Origin: Ignavibacteriota bacterium
GTDB taxonomy: Bacteria; Bacteroidota; Ignavibacteria; Palsa-1295
Assembly: GCA_963787835.1 (NCBI GenBank)
Contig: CAWBEI010000002.1
Span: 476,369-540,368, forward strand
Reading direction: 5' to 3'
DNA: 64,000 nucleotides
Shown piece after piece: positions 58,068 to 64,000 of the stretch (positions are counted from its first letter, which is position 1; each line of letters begins with the position of its first letter). Below the pieces are notes generated by a model. That model searched no databases. It saw only the letters and a list, made by a program, of their open reading frames with translations, and was not told the origin of the DNA. The position numbers and the translations under genes are program-made.

Positions 58068-58561
58068 TACGAATATGTCGTGCCTATCGGCACTAAGAAA
58101 ATAATTTGGAATTTTGAGGCGTCTCGGAAAAGTGTCGTATATTAGGTGGTGAGATGATGGGCACCTATATCAATTACGAATTAAGAATTACGAATTAAGA
58201 GTAGGGGCTCGGGGTTCATTGACAATCGTCGGCGGTGGCTTTCGTTATGAACGAGTCCTTTGAGAAAATGGATTTTACTATTCTTTCAGAACAAATGGCG
58301 AAAGCAGCTCGGAAACGAGGGGTCTTCGGGAACTCACAAGAAAAAGAAATGGCACCTATTTCCAATAGAACATTAGTAAGGGTGGTAAACATTTTTACCT
58401 ACGTACCGGGAAACGGGAAGGAGCAAAATTCGTTGTGAAGGTACTCTGGCACGTTTAGCCGGAACATCCTCCATAATCACGACACGTTGCCTTTGATCGA
58501 ACCACCCTCCACTCCCACTGGAAATCCGGTCCCGCCGGATCTGCCACCCGATCCACATATC

Positions 58562-59746
58562 ATGGATTACGTGGTGCTTGCGACCAGCCGTAAGTGGACT
58601 ATGCTTGCGATCACGCTCCTGTGCGGGTTTGGAGCGCTGGCACTTACCTATATGTTGCCACAGGTGTTCATGGCGCAGGCGACGTTGCTGCCGCCGGATC
58701 GGCTATCCTCCTATAACCTTCTATCGAAGTTCAAGTCGGGTTTCGCCTTGGAAATGTTGAAGGAGGTGGAAAATCCCTCCGTCGATCTGCTCCAGAATAT
58801 TCTGGAATCCCGTTCGCTCGATGAGCGGCTCGCTCAGGATAGTGCGATCCATCGCTATTTTAGCGCGCAGGGTCTGCATGGGAAAGAGTTGGTCCTTGCC
58901 GTCCAAAAATCGATCAAGGTTTTACCAGGATTTTCGAAAGTGGATGTTCAGGGAACCGTGGGTACAGGTTGGTTCCCAACCGGAGCGCAAAAGGAGAATG
59001 CCAGGGTAATGTCATCGTATTTCACGAATCTGGCGATCGACTGTATGGATAGTACGCTCCGAGCGGCTATTCGTTCTTTGGCTCACTCGACGATGCTGTT
59101 TGCCGATTCCGATTATGCGCTTAAGAGCCGGGAATTGGATTCTCTTGACCGCGTTCAGGAAGCGTTTGAGCAAGCCAACGGAGTCGTGAAATTGGAGGCA
59201 CAAACCATAGCTTCCATCGAGCATTTGGGCGAACTGAAAGCTGCTCGCGATGAGGCAGAGATCAAACTCCACCTCCTCGAATTGGACTTGTCCGATGATG
59301 ACACTAAAAAGGAAGAGGCCGTTGCAAAGCTGAATGAAGCTGAGTTCGTCGCCAACACGTATGAAACGGAACGGCAGATCGGCCCCGCATTCGACTCGCT
59401 TCCGGAAGTAAGCCGGCGTTATGCAGAATTACTTCGTTCCAGGAAAGAATTGGAACCGATTGTTTCCTTCCTCCGAATAGAAACCGAGCAACAGCGGATC
59501 TTCGAGGTTCGAGAAAAATCCTTTATCACAGTTTTAGATCCTGCGGAACCTCCGGAAACCCGGATTAGCCCGATACGATCCCAGATGGGAATTCTGGGAT
59601 TGATTGTCGGCGCCGCTCTTTCGATCCTGTATATGGCCTTCTATGGGCTGCGTCTTTCCTGGAAGAAGGAGCGAAAATCGCGCAATGAGACCAGACCGGA
59701 AGTATTAGAAGCCGCAAAGAGCATCTTTGCCCATAATAACCTATGA
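58562..59746 (+). CDS. Polysaccharide chain-length determinant (Wzz/PCP-family) protein
   Basis: N- and C-terminal TMs (…WTMLAITLLCGFGALALTY…, …ILGLIVGAALSILYMAFY…) flank a long coiled-coil periplasmic domain. Start set at the internal Met (MDYVV). Confidence 0.65.
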   Translation: MDYVVLATSRKWTMLAITLLCGFGALALTYMLPQVFMAQATLLPPDRLSSYNLLSKFKSGFALEMLKEVENPSVDLLQNILESRSLDERLAQDSAIHRYFSAQGLHGKELVLAVQKSIKVLPGFSKVDVQGTVGTGWFPTGAQKENARVMSSYFTNLAIDCMDSTLRAAIRSLAHSTMLFADSDYALKSRELDSLDRVQEAFEQANGVVKLEAQTIASIEHLGELKAARDEAEIKLHLLELDLSDDDTKKEEAVAKLNEAEFVANTYETERQIGPAFDSLPEVSRRYAELLRSRKELEPIVSFLRIETEQQRIFEVREKSFITVLDPAEPPETRISPIRSQMGILGLIVGAALSILYMAFYGLRLSWKKERKSRNETRPEVLEAAKSIFAHNNL

Positions 59747-61140
59747 GCAACATACGGATCCCCGAGCATGCTCTCGATCGCAGAAGGGTGTTCTTCTCGA
59801 TACGGATGGTAAAGTATTTCCTTTGCTGGCTGCTCCTCTGGCAGGATGGGATGGTTCCCGGTTCATTACTTCAACTCCGGACCTTCATCCCCATACCGCA
59901 CGACATCACGATGATGGAGGTGTTAGCCGCAATGCTGTTCATCGTAGTACTTATCGAGCGTTCGATCACACTGGATTTCACGATACGGCGATCCTATTTC
60001 AGCGGTCCACTCCTGTTGATGGCGCTGGCGTTTTTTATCTCATGGTGCCGTGGGAGTTATATGAAACAGCAGATCGCGTTCATCCTGGAATTCCACGATG
60101 CCTTTGAACTTCCATTCACATTCCTTCTTATTAGTTCCGCATTTCGCGATGAACAAGACCGGGAAATGCTATGGAAGCTGCTGTTCTATGCCATTATTGC
60201 AAAGGCATTCGATGGAACATACATCTACTTCTTTTCCGCCCGGCCTGAAAAATATTGGGGCGTGGTGCAGTCCTGGCGGGATGGCTACCTTCTCGGAATC
60301 GGATCGATCGGGTTCCTCTTGTTGCTCCAATACCACGGAACATATCTTCGACGTCTGAAATGGCTCATGATCGCAACCTTTCCTGTACTGGCGCTCACCT
60401 TTGTCATGAGCTTCCGGAGAACATTTTTTGTCGGGGCCTTCATTTGCATGGTGGCAATGTTTTTTACTCTTCCGAGTGAAAAACGAAAGCTGCATCTGTT
60501 GTTAGTAGTTTGTGTGTTGGGAGGATTTCTCCTCACCGTCTTTCTGACCAACCCTCTGGAAGTTGCCACGCGTCTGACCGGTATCGTTGCACCCCAGAAT
60601 GAAGGTTCTGCCTTCATCCGTCTGATGGAACTTCCAAACGTCGTGCAAAATATCCTGAGAAATCCCATTTTCGGTGTACCGGTAGGTATCCCCTGGACGA
60701 CCTACTACCGCATGCCTGTCTCCGCAGTTTATACGACGCTTGGCACGCATAATACGTATCTGTACTGGTCTCTTCGAGCCGGTATCGCCGGCTCCATTGC
60801 CTTTATCTGGCTGATCTGTAAGATATGGAAAACTGCCCTCATCAACTATCGGCTTCGAAAAACAGAGGAGGACTTCCTGTTCAGCCAGTGGGGTATTCAG
60901 ATGATGATCATGTATCAAGTAGCTTGCTTTTTTGGACTCATGTATGGTGATGCAATGTCTGGTGTTATGTCAGTGCTGATGACGGTCTTTCATCTCCAAA
61001 CCAAACACCTTACTGGACGTTCGAGTCTGCGAGAGGTGGCATTCCTGAAAACGATGCGAGCTGGAGAACTCGTTTATAAAGAACCTTTCCTCCGCAAGCT
61101 GTATGGTCTTTATAGGAAACGTCCTCTCGCTATTCAATGA
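59743..61140 (+). CDS. O-antigen polymerase/ligase-like (Wzy_C family) polytopic membrane protein
   Basis: About 10 TMs. The start overlaps the wzz stop (ATGA). Confidence 0.6.
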   Translation: MSNIRIPEHALDRRRVFFSIRMVKYFLCWLLLWQDGMVPGSLLQLRTFIPIPHDITMMEVLAAMLFIVVLIERSITLDFTIRRSYFSGPLLLMALAFFISWCRGSYMKQQIAFILEFHDAFELPFTFLLISSAFRDEQDREMLWKLLFYAIIAKAFDGTYIYFFSARPEKYWGVVQSWRDGYLLGIGSIGFLLLLQYHGTYLRRLKWLMIATFPVLALTFVMSFRRTFFVGAFICMVAMFFTLPSEKRKLHLLLVVCVLGGFLLTVFLTNPLEVATRLTGIVAPQNEGSAFIRLMELPNVVQNILRNPIFGVPVGIPWTTYYRMPVSAVYTTLGTHNTYLYWSLRAGIAGSIAFIWLICKIWKTALINYRLRKTEEDFLFSQWGIQMMIMYQVACFFGLMYGDAMSGVMSVLMTVFHLQTKHLTGRSSLREVAFLKTMRAGELVYKEPFLRKLYGLYRKRPLAIQ

Positions 61141-61150
61141 GCTTAGTTCC

Positions 61151-63616
61151 TTACACTAATCTTCTACGCCAATAGATTGCGCACAGGAGAACTATAACTG
61201 CAGTAGCCACTGAGCACCCTGCACCAATAATGGCACTGTATGGCTTGAATATAAAAGAAATATGATGTTGCCCAGGACTTAGAAAAACCGCACGCATCGC
61301 GAAATTTGCTCGATAGATCGGCTGTTCGCGGCCATCCACATAACACTTCCAGCCAGGATAATAGGTATCCGACAGCACGAGATAAGCAGGTCTTGAAGGA
61401 TTCGCAGTAATATCAACCTCGTTATCCTCTTCTTTTATAATGTGTGTCGTGTCTGGAATGGCTCCAATTGCCGAAGAATTATAAACGTTAGGTGTAGGAC
61501 CGGAACTCGCTGTAAAGAGTACCTCATTATGATCGTTGCTTTCATCAAAAATAGCAGTGAGCACAGCCGAGTCGTTGGGCAGAACCTTTGAGCGATAATA
61601 CAATGTGGCCCGGTTACGCACGCACGTATCCGAATAGATCATCACCGCTCCCGAATCAGCGACAGGCAAGGTTCCCGGCGGAACAACACCAGGCACGAAC
61701 ATCAGGTATTTCACTCCCATGAGTCCCAGGGCGTGTGTATGCGGCGATGAACCGGAAATGGTATCGAGGTATGGATAAAATGACCGTAGAACTTCGCTTT
61801 CATACCCGGTTACTTCGGAGATGCCATACAGCGAAGGAATGTTATCAAGAAAAAGGTACTGACGCCCCGGATACCCGCGTCGGACAATAAAGGCGCGCTC
61901 ATCGCCAAGATGGGATTTCAAGTATGTAATGGAGCTGTGTGTCGGTTGTAACGGGAAGCGATGTGGATCGAGCATTGGGAGATAGCTGAACCACCAAAAA
62001 ATACTATGAAGAAACGAACATGCAAACAGCGCCATAATAAAATAACGCTGATAGGAATGTGACCATCGCTTCCAACGCAGGAACAACAAACATACTGCAA
62101 AGACTACCCCAAACGGAACGAGCATCATCGGCGAAAGAACAGAATAGTGCTGAAACGTGTCAGCGACGCGATCGTGAACCCAGCCAGCATTTCCATCTGC
62201 GAACGGTGTTCCTGCAGCATGCGAGAAAAGGAACGATTCCATTGCGGAATGGAGCGTGGGAATCAAGGCCAAAAGCAAATTTAAAAGTATCAACAGCGTA
62301 AACCCAGCGAGTCCAGCGCGAACGGCCCACCTAGCCCATTTTCGTCCCCGTTCGCGGAGTTCAGCGTTGGTAAGAAACGCTTCGAGCCGTTCGGCAGCAA
62401 GAACCGCAAGCCCCAGCGTTCCGACAATAAAAAAACGATGATACAGCCACGCAAAGAGCGGTGTAAAGATCGGTAGCAGAAATCCCGCGGCTACAAGCCA
62501 GACGTAGGGACGAACATCCTTTTCCGAAGAACGCATACTGAATATGGCCCATACCCCAAGTAACATTTCGGCAAACCCAAGATATCCACTGAAATCCATC
62601 GGATATAGCCCCACCAAGGATGTCACGCTCATGCTTCGGACGATCCCCATCGTTTCAGGCACAAAAAAAGTGAGAAGCAAGAGAAATGAAAGCAAACGAT
62701 TGATCAACGAGTACGAGTGCGCGTGTGCCGGAGAGTAAAGGGTTCCATGCTTCGTTACTTCTAAAAACAGTTCCATCGCGGGCACCCACATAATAGCAGC
62801 AAGTGCTAGCGCCACGCCCAAAGGGATTCCAATACTTCTAAATACTTTTCGCATCCACAATCGCAGCCGCATGGTCCACAATGCTTCCGAAGACGCTATA
62901 CCCCGTGCAGACCATCCAGCATTCACTATTACAATGGTGATCGTCGCGAACCCGACAGACTGAATGGTTGAGCCGAGCAACGCGAGGCCAAGAAAAAACC
63001 CTGCGGCCAACAAATAGCTGGGCGATCCCTTACGATGATATAGGAATGACATCGCAAGTGAGAACGGTATCCAGCAAAAAGTAGCAAGTGCCCATAAATT
63101 GAGCAGATCGGTAAGAAACATCCCATTGAATATCCACGCCGATGCGAACATGGTGGCAATAATGCGTCGCCTGCCATGCACTCGGAGCAGCACATACATT
63201 CCTACTCCGGCAGTAAATAGCTCCAGGATTATGATCATGTTGAATGCGAACGGTAGGTCGAATGGAATAAGAAGGAGATTAAAGACATCGTATGTTTGCC
63301 GCGATGTGGCATACTGCGGGTATCCATTCAAGATAAGAGGGTTCCAATAATAGAATTCCCCGTTGCGGAACGCGTGTTGCGCAGCGACCTTCCACGGGTA
63401 GCTCTGCATCAATCCATCGGTAAAATTATGATTGTATGCTTGCGGAGGGCCGAATTCGCTCGAAAACGGAAGCGTCATCGTATCGAATTGATCGGTAGGC
63501 AGCAATAAGCGCCCCTCGAAGAGAACCGGCCAAAAAACGATCACGATGAGGATCCCAAGGAACGAGAGGCAAATCGCGTCTTTCCAACAGCGCTCGAACA
63601 GGCGAATTCTCATCAA
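61151..63616 (-). CDS. YfhO-family membrane protein (putative glycosyltransferase)
   Basis: 821 aa, polytopic. …FYYWNPLILNGYPQYA… and a large C-terminal extracytoplasmic domain are typical of YfhO. Confidence 0.65.
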   Translation of the reverse strand: MMRIRLFERCWKDAICLSFLGILIVIVFWPVLFEGRLLLPTDQFDTMTLPFSSEFGPPQAYNHNFTDGLMQSYPWKVAAQHAFRNGEFYYWNPLILNGYPQYATSRQTYDVFNLLLIPFDLPFAFNMIIILELFTAGVGMYVLLRVHGRRRIIATMFASAWIFNGMFLTDLLNLWALATFCWIPFSLAMSFLYHRKGSPSYLLAAGFFLGLALLGSTIQSVGFATITIVIVNAGWSARGIASSEALWTMRLRLWMRKVFRSIGIPLGVALALAAIMWVPAMELFLEVTKHGTLYSPAHAHSYSLINRLLSFLLLLTFFVPETMGIVRSMSVTSLVGLYPMDFSGYLGFAEMLLGVWAIFSMRSSEKDVRPYVWLVAAGFLLPIFTPLFAWLYHRFFIVGTLGLAVLAAERLEAFLTNAELRERGRKWARWAVRAGLAGFTLLILLNLLLALIPTLHSAMESFLFSHAAGTPFADGNAGWVHDRVADTFQHYSVLSPMMLVPFGVVFAVCLLFLRWKRWSHSYQRYFIMALFACSFLHSIFWWFSYLPMLDPHRFPLQPTHSSITYLKSHLGDERAFIVRRGYPGRQYLFLDNIPSLYGISEVTGYESEVLRSFYPYLDTISGSSPHTHALGLMGVKYLMFVPGVVPPGTLPVADSGAVMIYSDTCVRNRATLYYRSKVLPNDSAVLTAIFDESNDHNEVLFTASSGPTPNVYNSSAIGAIPDTTHIIKEEDNEVDITANPSRPAYLVLSDTYYPGWKCYVDGREQPIYRANFAMRAVFLSPGQHHISFIFKPYSAIIGAGCSVATAVIVLLCAIYWRRRLV

Positions 63617-63625
63617 AATATAAGG

Positions 63626-63982
63626 TTACAACAGAACGAGGGTCGTCATCAAGTGTTCAAGTTCCTCAGCTGGATTCGTGCAGATTCCAGAGTGCACTTC
63701 CGAAGTTTGGATCATCGTGCTTTTCGGCGAAACAAGCCAGTGCCAGCGCTCATGTTGGGGAAGTTCCCCAATCGGCCCTGCGCCAATTCCACCCTCACAA
63801 ATTTTTGGAACAAGCGATAAATGCCGCTCGATCTCTGAAATATCAACTTCCGGAAAAAGAGACCTCAGGCGATCCAAATCAAGATGAGCACGCGCATCCA
63901 GATAGCGAAGCGTTCGCGCAAACACGATCACGCCCGCGTTGATAAATTCCGCGCGCTCGACACGCGGAACAATGCGAATCAC
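63626..63982 (-). CDS. Hypothetical protein; the 5' end may lie beyond the window
   Basis: ORF only. Confidence 0.3.
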   Translation of the reverse strand: MIRIVPRVERAEFINAGVIVFARTLRYLDARAHLDLDRLRSLFPEVDISEIERHLSLVPKICEGGIGAGPIGELPQHERWHWLVSPKSTMIQTSEVHSGICTNPAEELEHLMTTLVLL

Positions 63983-64000
63983 CGCATAATCAAATGAGAT

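Overview
This 64 kb window looks like a chromosomal segment from a type IX secretion system (T9SS)-bearing FCB-group bacterium (Bacteroidota-, Ignavibacteriota- or Chlorobiota-like). Evidence: about 55% GC, weak Shine-Dalgarno use, and at least eight proteins ending in T9SS type-A C-terminal sorting domains. Taxonomy is inferred only from these gene types.

The housekeeping backbone is:
- an ECF sigma/anti-sigma pair;
- tRNA-Gln and der;
- an MBOAT O-acyltransferase;
- gdhA and a carbon-nitrogen hydrolase;
- hrcA-grpE-dnaJ;
- tRNA-Gly, rpmG, tRNA-Trp, secE and nusG;
- fusA;
- a Wzz/Wzy/YfhO surface-polysaccharide cluster.

Interleaved with this are accessory regions:
- Giant T9SS cargo cluster (18.1-37.8 kb, minus strand). 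Two tandem ~5.96 kb paralogous giant genes encode ~1,880-aa beta-helix/FN3 T9SS cargo proteins. They are base-for-base identical over ~4.8 kb but diverged at the 5' end and promoter. Upstream of them sit a third 1,339-aa Gly-rich, ASH-repeat cargo gene, an OmpA-family gene, an outer-membrane beta-barrel gene, and an ECF sigma/anti-sigma pair.
- A ~3.7 kb decaying island between fusA and wzz (54.36-58.08 kb). It is bounded by inverted copies of a GC-rich hairpin. It contains an IS200/IS605-like element with an N-truncated TnpA, at least two tnpA-less MITE copies of it, an AbiGi/DUF2971-like gene, an HNH nuclease, and a string of overlapping small ORFs.
- A recurring family of AT-rich tandem-heptamer inverted-repeat elements. 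They flank tRNAs and sit immediately 5' of der, secE, fusA, wzz and a giant cargo gene.

Other points:
- a VapBC toxin-antitoxin pair;
- a second MITE-like element with 12-bp terminal inverted repeats;
- a 1-nt frameshift in a T9SS C-terminal domain;
- a low-GC orphan gene;
- a secreted 444-aa gene inserted between nusG and fusA.

I saw no CRISPR array, rRNA or obvious prophage.
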